From Candidatus Spongiisociaceae bacterium (GTDB lineage: Bacteria > Actinomycetota > Acidimicrobiia > Spongiisociales > Spongiisociaceae): DNA of 64,000 nucleotides. The notes beneath the pieces are model-generated. The model saw only the letters and a program-made list of their open reading frames with translations. It had not been told where the DNA came from and searched no databases. A program made the position numbers and the translations under genes. Below, in pieces: positions 44,391 to 56,001 of this stretch (its first letter is position 1; the number at the start of each line of letters is the position of its first letter). The stretch covers positions 2,976,001 through 3,040,000 of the forward strand of contig CBDCOH010000002.1 of NCBI GenBank assembly GCA_965219685.1, in the 5' to 3' direction.

Positions 44391-44682
44391 ACCCGCCCGA
44401 GCGTTGTCCCCGACCACGCTCACACAGGACTCTCCCGCCGAAACCACCACAACCCGACGCCCAGTGAAGTCCGTTACGTCGTCGTCTTGCAGCGATCGTT
44501 ATCACTACAGCGGATGGACGGTTCGTTACCCGATCACGAGGGCTTGGGCTGGAATCCTCACTCTGCGCGAAACCACTCGTCCCGGGCGGAGTTTACCCCT
44601 GCCTCTTCGGACTGGTGGTCCACCAAACCGGGTCAACCTCAAACCCGAGTTTGGCGGGTTGGATGAACCGCCCCGGATGCTC

Positions 44683-45915
44683 CTATGTTTTGCAAATCGG
44701 TTTTGTGGTCGGGTCGGTGAGCCATTTCTGGTATCGGGTGGCGAGCTGGTGGTTGTGGTGGAGGCCTCGTTCGAGGAGCGAGAGGAGGGTGGGGTGGACC
44801 TGGAGGTGTTCGGCGGCGTCGGTGAGGGTTAGTCGGGTTTGGTGACGTTGGAGGCGGAGGTCGTTGCCGTCGGGTGTTGCGGACGGTTTGGTTAGTAGGT
44901 GGTAGATCTCGCGTGCGATGTGCCGTTTCAGGCAGCGGATGATCTCGCGGCGAGTTTTGCCTTCGGCTTTGCGTCTGCGGGTGTATTCGATGGTGCGGGG
45001 GTCGGTGCGCATCCGGTTGGTGGCGATTCGCCAGAGAGCGTTGTTGGCTTGGCGGTCGCCGCCTCGGTTGAGCCGATGCCGAACTATCTGTCCCGATGAT
45101 GCTTGGACGGGGCTGAGGGCGCATAGTGCCGCGAAGGACCGTTCCGATTTCATGCGTTGGGGGTTGTCGCCGGCGGCGACTAGGAGTGCTGCAGCGCTGT
45201 GGGGGCCCACTCCGGAGGCGGCTAGGAGCGCCGGGTTGGCCTTGGCGCAGAGACGGCGGATCTCGGTGTCGAGTTCGGCTATTTCTGTGTCGAGGGTCCG
45301 GTATCGGCGGGCCAGGTGCCGCAGCGCCTTTTTCGCGTACGCGGTGGTGGTCTGCGCTTCGCCGGGACGCCAGCGGACACAGATTCTGACCATCGCTTGG
45401 ATACTGGAGCCCCGGAGCCGATGTTTGACCTGCTCAGGGGCGGTTGTGAGGAGGGCGTGGATCTGGTTGGCGGCCTGGATGCGTGCTTTGACCGCTGAAC
45501 GGCGAGCCATCCGAAGCATTCTTATCCCTTCTACGGGTCCGTCCCCGCCTTTGGGTCGCCCGGTGGCATCTCCGCTGAGGGCAGCTCGGGCTGCGGCCTC
45601 GGCGTCGACGGTGTCGGTCTTGCCCCTGAGACGACGCAGCTGGCGGTTGGGACGCATGACCTCCACCACCTCGATGTCGGCTCGGGTCAGATAACGAGCC
45701 AGGCCGGCGCCGTAACTACCGCATCCTTCCACACCGACCTGAACCGGCTGCCCCCAGGAGCGAAGCCACTCCTCCAGCTGCGCGTATCCCGCCGCATCAG
45801 CCCTGAACTGCGCCGACCCCAGTAGGCGACCCGTGTGATCCAGCACCGCTCCAACGTGGACATCCCGATGGGTATCAACCCCTCCATACACATCGACCTG
45901 GTCTTGTTCCGGCAT
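44683..45915 (-). CDS. IS110 DEDD recombinase/transposase with C-terminal HTH extension
   Basis: GGVDTHRD, GVEGCGSYG, KTDTVDA, SPVQASSG...HRLNRGGDRQAN; Xre-like HTH tail; ATG at 45915 after GGGGAGG. Confidence 0.92.
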   Translation of the reverse strand: MPEQDQVDVYGGVDTHRDVHVGAVLDHTGRLLGSAQFRADAAGYAQLEEWLRSWGQPVQVGVEGCGSYGAGLARYLTRADIEVVEVMRPNRQLRRLRGKTDTVDAEAAARAALSGDATGRPKGGDGPVEGIRMLRMARRSAVKARIQAANQIHALLTTAPEQVKHRLRGSSIQAMVRICVRWRPGEAQTTTAYAKKALRHLARRYRTLDTEIAELDTEIRRLCAKANPALLAASGVGPHSAAALLVAAGDNPQRMKSERSFAALCALSPVQASSGQIVRHRLNRGGDRQANNALWRIATNRMRTDPRTIEYTRRRKAEGKTRREIIRCLKRHIAREIYHLLTKPSATPDGNDLRLQRHQTRLTLTDAAEHLQVHPTLLSLLERGLHHNHQLATRYQKWLTDPTTKPICKT

Positions 45916-45959
45916 GCGCTCTGCCTCCCCTCTCCTTGTGTCGGAATAGGCTTGTGCGG

Positions 45960-46150
45960 CAGCGCCGGTCCGAAGCGGGTGGACAAAACACTCAGGGTGT
46001 GGGGAAGAAACGACCAAAGCTCCTATGAGGTCACATCCGCTCCGGGCTGGCTGCCCGTACCCCCCGACCGGTGCCCGGCCGACAGATCCGGGGTAAGGCA
46101 CCACAGCCAGTTTCCCGGTGGGTCAGACCAGGCCCCGGTCGAGGTCCCCT
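45960..46150 (-). ncRNA. Putative IS110 bridge RNA (target-binding loop then donor-binding loop)
   Basis: Non-coding end upstream of the recombinase carries segments matching the donor junction (cataggagc, tgagtg) and the target (gggaaac, ccccggat). Boundaries approximate. Confidence 0.7.
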
Positions 46151-46201
46151 TAAGTATGAGTGTTTCTCCGGAGACTCGATTAGTTGGGAGATAATGGAGT
46201 T

Positions 46202-47443
<1,242 letters not shown>

Positions 47444-47559
47444 ACCACTCTCCGGCAAACCCGGGGCGGTTCAGTGGGAGGGATGGTTAGGGGCGTTCGG
47501 GGCGTGTGTGGCTGGGGTTTGGGTGGTTGGTTCCGTTTGCGGGGGCCTGTTGGGTGGGT

Positions 47560-48891
47560 TCAGCAGCGCTGGGGCAGCGTCCGGAGGTTAGCGAGGGTGG
47601 TCTGGTAGGTGTGCGCCCAGGGCCATCGGGCGGGTAGTCGCAGTATGGGGCGTCCGCTGTGGTTGACCACCCGTGCGGGAATCCCGAAGATGCGGGTGCG
47701 GATGGTGCGTCCACGGATCAGCCGCCCGGCCGGCTGTGTTCGTCCCAAGATGGCTATCCAGCGGTAGAGGTTATGCGCTAGAGCGGCGCAGAGAAGCCAG
47801 GCCTGGTTAGCGGCGAACCGTCCCGATGGTAGATGAGCGAGACCCCCGGAGTCTTTGAGGTCGCGGATGGCGAGTTCGCAGACCGCATGGTGTCGGTGGT
47901 GGCGGTCCGCTTGTGGGGCAGGCGCATGCGAGTTGGTCACGAACGCGTGGTAACGCCAGTCGGGCCAGAACTCTTGCTGGGCGCCGGTGAGGCGGGTGCG
48001 GCGCACCACGAGGCGTACTCGGCGTTTCTGCTTACGTTTGCGGGGGTTGGTCATCTCAAGTGTGGTTTCCCCAACTTGTGCCCGGCCGCCTTCGGGATAG
48101 TCGATATCTGCCCAGTCGTCTTCGTCGATAGCCGCTATAGCGGCTAGGACATGGCGGAGTTGTGGGCAGGTGATCGACCAGCCCACCCCGAGGTGGTCCA
48201 AGGTTGCCAACATGGCATAGGACCAGAAGCCCGAATCGGCCCGAACCTCGATCCGTCCCCGAGCCCCGGCCCGTCGCGCGCACCGGATCGTCTCCTGCGC
48301 GAAATGGGCCACACCCCGCCGCGATGCTCCGGCCCTTAGCCGGGCACCCACCGCCTCTCCTGTATCGGCCCGGAACGCCAACAGCGGGTGATAACCCAAC
48401 TCTTTGGTGTACCCATAGGAGGCGCCCTCCTTGCCCCTGCCAGACACTCCACAGATCGTCGAGTCCAAATCCAAGGTCAGCGGTCTCTTCCCCGGGCCGG
48501 CACCCGCTGCCCACGCACGACCCAGCGCCACGCCCAAAACCTTGTTCAACTGGCGGGTGTGGCCCCAGGTAAACGACCGCAGGAAAGTGCCCACCGTCGA
48601 AGGTGCCATCACCTCATGGGACAGCACCCGATGCGTCGACCCCGCCCGCAGCCGATCCACATGATCGATGTGAGAGCCCCCCACCAGCATCGCGGACACC
48701 AACGTCAAGGTCTTACGACCCGGCCGCGCGCCACCCACCCGACCGCCCAAACGGACCACGTCGTCCACCAACTCTTCCAACCCCAGACGGCTCATCAACG
48801 TCGACGCCGCCAACAGACCCCCATCGGCCACCAACCCCTCATCGTCGAAAACCACCTCATACCGGTCAACATTGTGCGATACTCCACTCAC
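47560..48891 (-). CDS. IS1380-family transposase
   Basis: PSTVGTFLRSF, LDLDSTI, GYHPL, VRADSGF, ELAIRDLK, PSGRFAANQAW; end-like ggtggatccagg at ~49000-49011. Confidence 0.9.
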   Translation of the reverse strand: MSGVSHNVDRYEVVFDDEGLVADGGLLAASTLMSRLGLEELVDDVVRLGGRVGGARPGRKTLTLVSAMLVGGSHIDHVDRLRAGSTHRVLSHEVMAPSTVGTFLRSFTWGHTRQLNKVLGVALGRAWAAGAGPGKRPLTLDLDSTICGVSGRGKEGASYGYTKELGYHPLLAFRADTGEAVGARLRAGASRRGVAHFAQETIRCARRAGARGRIEVRADSGFWSYAMLATLDHLGVGWSITCPQLRHVLAAIAAIDEDDWADIDYPEGGRAQVGETTLEMTNPRKRKQKRRVRLVVRRTRLTGAQQEFWPDWRYHAFVTNSHAPAPQADRHHRHHAVCELAIRDLKDSGGLAHLPSGRFAANQAWLLCAALAHNLYRWIAILGRTQPAGRLIRGRTIRTRIFGIPARVVNHSGRPILRLPARWPWAHTYQTTLANLRTLPQRC

Positions 48892-49279
48892 AGGAAGTGC
48901 CTCCCGATTCTGGACCTAAACCACTTTCGCTAACGGTTATTGTCCCAGATCAGAGGTACTTTCCACGTCTATACCACCCCCCAACCCAAACACCCACCCG
49001 GTGGATCCAGGCTAAGCCGGTGTCGACCCATCTGCTGGGTCGTCACCGTCGGCAGATTCCCGACCGGCTGTGTTGGGGGATGCTGATACGGTTGGTGACG
49101 GGCTGTCTCCCGTGGTGCTCCTCCACGGCGTTGAACAGGTCGCTGCGGGCCTTGTCGCCCTCTGTGAGCGGGTGGGCGATGATCGTATCCCGGCCGTTCG
49201 TCAGTGATTTGGCGTACCTCTCGGTTGTGTACTGCAGGTTCTGGCCGCCGAACTTCGTGCGGAGCGCTTCCTTGAGGCC

Positions 49280-51466
49280 GTGGCGGCTACCCTCGCCAGG
49301 GTTCTTCTGGGGAGTGGAGTATTGAGGCATAAGCGGCCTATCGGCCAGTCGACCTTTCGGGTGAGGGTGCTTCCGGCGCGTGCTGGGTACCTGACAAGAC
49401 CGAACGATGCGTGCGGCGTGGTCGAAGCGATTCGGGAGGCTTCGACGCGTTGGGCGGGCTATTCCGAGCCGATCATCCCTGTCCCGGCCGAGGATGCGGT
49501 TGATGGTTGGTGGCTTCAAACGTTGGAAACCGCCGAAGTGGACGGGTTGGTCAACGTCAACGTCGACGCTGACGTTGACGCTGCCGCAAAGGTCGCTAAG
49601 ACGCTCGGTCTACCGGTTGCCGACTTGGCGGACATCGACAAATCCGGACGGACGCAGTTCACTACCCATCCCGCGAACCTGCAGCAGACACGAACGGGGT
49701 TCGTTTACCAGCCGGCTGTGCTGGCTAGGGACGATGGTGCCCTGTGGGAGAAGGCAGCCGCCGGTGATCTCACCGCTGAGCAAGAAGCAGACTGCGAGGG
49801 CGCGTCGGTACCGGTGTGCCGACCGAGAACCGCAGACCTGATCGGTCGGGCGCAACTCGACGAGACGTGTTGGCTCGATGTCGGAGCGGCCCATTTCGCC
49901 GAACACCGAATCGTGGGCGGTCCGTTAGCTGCACCGATGATTATCTGGGTAACCGAACCCGACAGCGTCGAGGACTGTGTGTACTTCTGGAACCTCCGCG
50001 CTCTACGGTCCCGTCGTCTCAGGCCTGCGCCGTTGCTGCTCTTACCCGCAGAGCAGGTCTTCCGCTGGACAGGCTTCGCTGATGCCGTCGCTGACCGCCT
50101 CTCAAGGCCCGAGCACATCGAACCCGATGTCGTATTGAGCTCTTTGTCTGTCGAGCCGGACCAGCTCGACGAGATCGCCGGACTGCTCCGTCTCGTCAAG
50201 TCGACAGAACCGCCGGGGTCCAAGATCCAGTTCCCACCGCCGCCCCTAAAACATGCACCGTTCACATACAGGTGGGACATTGCCCCCCGAAGCTACTTCC
50301 GTTTCCCGAGGAGATACGGCGAGCCGACCGATGCGCTCGTGCAGGTCTACCGCGACAGCACCGTGGTCGAAGTCGACTCACCTGCACAGTTCACAGGCGG
50401 TGGTCGCGTCCTGGTTCGTGTCTCGTCCTCCACTTTCGACGGCCTACCAAAACGGCCCACCACCGCATCTTTGATCATGGACGACGCGTCCTGGTCCGAG
50501 GACGAACTCGAACTTGCCATGTATGCACAGAACAGATACCGCCTCGAGTTGCGTGTACCCTCGTTGCGCGACGCTGCTTGGGCGCTCCTGAAGAACCGAA
50601 CTGCCCAAGCGGTACTCTCAGCCAAGGGACAGTTGGCGCACCGCCTCAAGGAGCTCGGCGCCGCCGAGGTGCTCTTACAGGACAGCGTGATCCAAGTGAT
50701 CGAGTCCCTGCGTACACGCCGTTCGCAAGACTTGGAACGTGCCCTGCAACAGGCCCTCGAGCACGTCTCACCGGAGGACGGACTCAGGGACCGTCTTGAG
50801 GAACTGGCGTCGGAATGGGGACAGCGATCCAAACGCCGCTTCCTACCGATCTCCCACATCAAGGGTCTCGGAGAAAACGCGGGGAGAGCCGTTGAACTGC
50901 TATGCAACCGATCATGGGCGGAGCGAGGCTTGAAGATCAGATGCGGCCAGTGCAGGATCCGCAGTTTCGTTCCACTTCCCGCGACCACACCAGAACCCCG
51001 ATGTCCCGCCTGTGGAGCAACAAACACACGTTTCGAACCAGCAGGCGGCAACCCGGACAGCGGCCCGGAGATGCACTACAGCCTCAACGCTCGGGTGGAC
51101 CGAGCAGCCGACCAAGGAGTCATCCCGCACCTTTTCGCCAACGCTATCCTGACGGCCGAAGACCCTCAGACGTTCCTGCTACTAGGAGTCGACGTAACGC
51201 TCGGGGATGGCAGGACGAAGGAAGTCGACCTCTACGGGATCACAGCAGGAACCGTCGTTGCTGGTGAAGCAAAAACGAACGCGGCAGAGTTCACCCCCGA
51301 ACAACTCACATCCGACATTCAACTTTCCGCCGCCCTGGCGGCCGACACCCACATGCTGGTAGCCACCGGAGAAATCCCCAGCGCCACACAAGAACAGGCC
51401 CGACAACTCGCAGAAGCGCAAGGCCTCAACCTTCTCCCAATCGACAGCCGACGCCTGACACCCTGA
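49280..51466 (+). CDS. Hypothetical protein with C-terminal Zn ribbon and PD-(D/E)xK nuclease-like domain
   Basis: 728-aa ORF; CGQC...CPAC; EVDLYG.....VAGEAK. Start may be TTG at 49322. Confidence 0.65.
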   Translation: MAATLARVLLGSGVLRHKRPIGQSTFRVRVLPARAGYLTRPNDACGVVEAIREASTRWAGYSEPIIPVPAEDAVDGWWLQTLETAEVDGLVNVNVDADVDAAAKVAKTLGLPVADLADIDKSGRTQFTTHPANLQQTRTGFVYQPAVLARDDGALWEKAAAGDLTAEQEADCEGASVPVCRPRTADLIGRAQLDETCWLDVGAAHFAEHRIVGGPLAAPMIIWVTEPDSVEDCVYFWNLRALRSRRLRPAPLLLLPAEQVFRWTGFADAVADRLSRPEHIEPDVVLSSLSVEPDQLDEIAGLLRLVKSTEPPGSKIQFPPPPLKHAPFTYRWDIAPRSYFRFPRRYGEPTDALVQVYRDSTVVEVDSPAQFTGGGRVLVRVSSSTFDGLPKRPTTASLIMDDASWSEDELELAMYAQNRYRLELRVPSLRDAAWALLKNRTAQAVLSAKGQLAHRLKELGAAEVLLQDSVIQVIESLRTRRSQDLERALQQALEHVSPEDGLRDRLEELASEWGQRSKRRFLPISHIKGLGENAGRAVELLCNRSWAERGLKIRCGQCRIRSFVPLPATTPEPRCPACGATNTRFEPAGGNPDSGPEMHYSLNARVDRAADQGVIPHLFANAILTAEDPQTFLLLGVDVTLGDGRTKEVDLYGITAGTVVAGEAKTNAAEFTPEQLTSDIQLSAALAADTHMLVATGEIPSATQEQARQLAEAQGLNLLPIDSRRLTP

Positions 51467-51730
51467 ACCACCAAGGGCACGGATGCTGCCTACCGACGGC
51501 CCTTCAACGGCATCCAAGAGCCATTGGCGAACGGTCACGCCGTCGGCACAAACCGGCTGGCCGTCCAACAAACGGCTATAGACGATTACCGGCACATACG
51601 CCTAAAGGCTCACAGGCTCAGACCGCGTCGACGGTCGGATCGGAGTGACCGCACCAGGCGTGTACGCTCGCCCCTTCGTACGGCTCTGTTGGCCCTGCGC
51701 GAAAACACTCATACTTGTAGGGTCCTCTAA

Positions 51731-52320
<590 letters not shown>

Positions 52321-52391
52321 AGCCCCCGGCTCGGATACTCCCCCTACCGCGCGCTTGATCCGCCGCTCGGTGGCACGGGCTACATGATCCG

Positions 52392-52835
52392 TCAGAACTC
52401 CTCCGTCGGGGCTGGTGCTGGGTCGACACAGACATGGACGACCGGCCTCGATTCGTCGAGGTTTTTCGGCAGGTCAGCCAGCTGACTCACTTTACGCAGC
52501 TTGGTCTCAAGACCCCTGATTCGGCAGATCAGATCCGACACCTGTTCGTCGTCGCAGTAGACGATCCCCTTCATCGCGTCCAGGATCGGCTTTGCGAGGT
52601 TGTCTACGTCACGCGCTTCGCCCGGGTCCCGCTTGGTGAAGTAGGTGATCGTGACGGCAATCGGGCTGGAGGTTGGAAGCGGATCAGCGTTCCACTTTTG
52701 GCTGGCCGCCTTGTTCACCTGTTCCTTCCACCGGTTCCGCCGTTCCGTGTCGCGAGCTTGCTGCGAGACGGCAGGACCCTCAACGACGAAGGCGAAGGGC
52801 TTCGGCGTGGCGGGTGTAATGTCCATCTTCTTCAT
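52392..52835 (-). CDS. rusA: RusA-family crossover junction endodeoxyribonuclease
   Basis: DVDNLAKPILDAM.GIVY.DD.QV motif. Confidence 0.8.
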   Translation of the reverse strand: MKKMDITPATPKPFAFVVEGPAVSQQARDTERRNRWKEQVNKAASQKWNADPLPTSSPIAVTITYFTKRDPGEARDVDNLAKPILDAMKGIVYCDDEQVSDLICRIRGLETKLRKVSQLADLPKNLDESRPVVHVCVDPAPAPTEEF

Positions 52836-53665
52836 CCTCGCCCTGTGTGAACAGTCCCGAAGTATGGACCGGCTCACCGGTGTCAGCCAAACGGGCTCTT
52901 GGTAGCTGCACGAGGGCCACGCACAGGCTCATGAGTTCGATGCCTCGGCCCGTACTGAGTTGTCGAAGGTGGCGGCGGAGGTGTTGGCGATCGTTGAAAT
53001 TCCCCAGGCCGGACATACCGGCACCGAACAGCCACCCAATCCTGTACCCACCCAACATGGGATGGCAACCACCCTTAGCCGGGGAAGGCAACATCCGGAG
53101 GGGTGGCTGCCTGTCAGCACTGGTCGTCTACAGTGCTTGGCCGCAGGACCGCTGCTGCCGCAGTAGCAACCTAACGCGCTTCTACAGCAGCTTACAGGCC
53201 AGCGCTGCCCCTAGCTGATGGCGATCACTGAGGTCCCCCAGAGTTGATCACAAGATTCCCCACCATCTGCTGCGGATTCGTCGTCGCGGTGAGAGCCGTT
53301 TCAACCATCGCCGCTCCCGTGTACATGTCGCGGATGAGACGGACGCCTCCCCGCTGGACCCGCACGGCCGGGGTACCGACAGGCTCGCCACCCTACGAAA
53401 CCGCTGTCTTTGTCCGTTTTCTACGGTCACCCCGGCCAGCTGTGGTGAACGACGCCGGCCTGACCTTCTTCAGGGCTGGAGTGTGCTGGGGAGGCCGAAC
53501 CCTGCCCTGACCGCGCTCCATTATGAGCGAGTTTCGACGGTCGTCAACAACGCCACGAGCGCCGTGTTGGTGCCTAGGCCCTGTCCGCATGGCCCGCCGC
53601 ATGGCGACGCGTTCGTGTTCCGTTGACGCAGTGCATGACCTAGCAGATAGCGGGCCGGTGTGTGC

Positions 53666-54064
53666 TCATCCCCAGAAGATGCAGGTGGGGTCCGCGTCGA
53701 CCTCGATAAGTAGCTCGTCGATGTACGGTGTCGGCTGGGCGAGGCTGTAGTGATGGAACCGGAGGTTGCGGTCGCGGTAGTAGAGGGACCATTCGTTGCG
53801 GGCCTTGGTGTAACGGAAGCGGCAGATCGGCCAACGGGTCCATTCGGGGCCGAGATCGTCGTGCCACGGGGGTCTGCATTCCACAACAGTGATCGCTCGG
53901 GGGGAAACATCGATCTCGTAGCGGATCAGGTCCCTCGCCCGGAGGGGAAGAGCGGCGTTGCGTCCCTCGATCCACTTCCGGACCTGGGCGAGCGCAACGT
54001 CGGGTACCACAGTGTTGATCGTAGGGACCCGCCAGACAAGGAGGTCAGTTGCCGCCGTGGGCAC
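53666..54064 (-). CDS. DUF3024 domain protein
   Basis: ECRPPW...RFRY...WSLYYRDRNL.FH.Y...DPTCIFWG. Start uncertain. Confidence 0.8.
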   Translation of the reverse strand: MPTAATDLLVWRVPTINTVVPDVALAQVRKWIEGRNAALPLRARDLIRYEIDVSPRAITVVECRPPWHDDLGPEWTRWPICRFRYTKARNEWSLYYRDRNLRFHHYSLAQPTPYIDELLIEVDADPTCIFWG

Positions 54065-54159
54065 ACACCGGCGCAGCTACCTGGCGCCAAATAGAACGGT
54101 CTCTGCTCAACCCGGAACGGTTGAGCAACGCTCCAAGGTAGACAGGCGGCTACTTGCTT

Positions 54160-54888
54160 TCTGAAGCTGTGGCCAGGGGCTTGGGCGGGATAGAGGCACC
54201 GTTGTGGATCGTGCGCCGACCGAGCGGTCAGCACAACTCGACAGTCACCCGGGTAGTTGGGTTGGCCGGGGCATTCAGCCGATAACGCTAGAGGGGGAAC
54301 GACCGCGAACCCGACCAGCACCGATGTGTCGGTCTCCACAACTTGGGCGTCTCTGAGCGCTCGGCCCATTTTCACGGCCCCCTGCGCATCCCGCTTCGGT
54401 GACCAACAGGACAATTGCCGTGCTGTCGGGACCGGGCGGCGACTCCGCGTCGACGCGCACCAGCCTGGTGGGAAGCACCAAGGCGGGTTCGCAGGGTCGG
54501 CCCCAACCCGACCCGTCCCATTTCCACCCGCCGTTGCCCCGCTCGCATCGGGCGTAGCTGTATTCCTCCGCGGTGAGACCGCGAACGCGACGGCCGCGTC
54601 GTTGTCGATGGTGACCACCACCCAATCCCCCCTCGGCATCGGAGTACCGCCCGGATCCCTGAGCTCGGCGCGTAGCGCGTCGACCGCTGCATGGTCGACC
54701 TCGTCGATCAATAGTGGATCCACCAACTGGGAGTACCGCACCGGAGGGATACCACGGCAGGTAACGAGAGGATCATCCACCCCGGGAACCGGGATCACCT
54801 CCAGCGGCATGACATAGGGGCGAACGATGTAGGCAACCGCTAAGGATGCAGCCAACCCAACAGCGACCAGCACCACCAGCCTCGTCAA
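54160..54888 (-). pseudogene. Membrane-anchored hypothetical protein with several apparent frameshifts
   Basis: N-terminal TM helix; plausible coding segments alternate between ORFs 53926-54888 and 54275-54625. Confidence 0.45.
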
Positions 54889-55386
54889 AGGCCAGCGGGC
54901 ACCTGTCGACCGAGACCAGCCCGGCCGCTACCCGGTGGCACCCAGCACCACCGAACAGACCCCGCCCTGGCTTCGCCTGACCGGCTCCCTCCCCACGCCT
55001 CCCGCAACCGGACCGATCATGCAGAACCCCCTCCTCACCTCCGGCCGGTTCCGACACCCCTGGCAGATCCCCAACCCCACCGATTCGCGAAGAGAACAGA
55101 AGGATGAGGCGATACCTGGAGCAACCCACAGGTTCGTGGCTGGCCCGGTTTATGCACTACCGCGACCGCCTACGGATGAAACCGGCTTCTACCTGGGGGA
55201 ACACTCCGCTGCCGGGTTGTCATAAACGTCTGTTATCGGACAACGGGGGTGGGCGACGGCCACCGTGCACAGGCGTGAGTTGGAAACCAACCGCCCCGGG
55301 GGCCGATGGGTCTAGGGTGAACAAATGCCCCCGTCCGACCACCCTCCGGAACCGGAAGTCGCTTCCCGCCATCCGCCGATCGGCGG

Positions 55387-55824
55387 ATGAAGGTCACACA
55401 TCTGGCAGTGGTCATAGCCATAATCGGCTTGGGGACCTGGTACCAGGAGAGAACCGACCCGCCCGTCACCACCGCAGTCGAGGTGCGCACTGTAGAGCCG
55501 CTGATCGCCACTACCGTTCCGGAACCGGTCATCGTCACGACCACGACGCTGCCGCCTGTCGAGTCTGCCCGGGTAAACCTCAACATCGCGCTGTCGGAGG
55601 TCGGCGGTGAGCGGGCTGCTCTCACAGCTCTTGCCGCCGCATACGAAGCTATGGCCCGGGCACTCGACGACAACGACCAGGCCGCCCTCATCGCTCTGTG
55701 GACCGCCCACCGGATCGCCAACAGGTTAGCCCCGAGTTTTGGGTTGGCTGGGCCTGGCGCCATGTCGGTAGCACAAATACGAGGGTTTGTTGGATCCGGG
55801 TTCTCGTACGAGGGCGGTTTATAG
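55387..55824 (+). CDS. Small exported hypothetical protein
   Basis: N-terminal hydrophobic helix, Thr/Pro-rich linker, helical C-terminus. Confidence 0.5.
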   Translation: MKVTHLAVVIAIIGLGTWYQERTDPPVTTAVEVRTVEPLIATTVPEPVIVTTTTLPPVESARVNLNIALSEVGGERAALTALAAAYEAMARALDDNDQAALIALWTAHRIANRLAPSFGLAGPGAMSVAQIRGFVGSGFSYEGGL

Positions 55825-56001
55825 GGGGTCGCTTTCTGGATCGCCAGGCTTCACACGATTCGGGGTGTCAGCCTCTGTCGACGATCATTAATACTCAATG
55901 AGCCATTCATATCCGACGCACCCGTGTTATGGGATTCCTAACCACGTCTTGAACAGTGCGGTTGTACCAACACCACCCAGCACATTGCGAGTACTGATCT
56001 G

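Larger units (their letters stand above)
44680..46162 (-). mobile_element. IS110-family element
   Basis: Flanked by a TG core at 44678-79 and 46161-62; removing it restores the IS3 IRL; no terminal IRs. Confidence 0.85.

Noticed and set aside
45916-46104. N-terminal extension of the IS110 transposase in the ORF track
   Set aside because: A good RBS and ATG lie at 45915 just before the first catalytic motif; the upstream DNA is better explained as the bridge-RNA region.
54890-55240. Possible ISL3 end and IS481 C-terminal remnants
   Set aside because: Similarity too short and degenerate to support a call.
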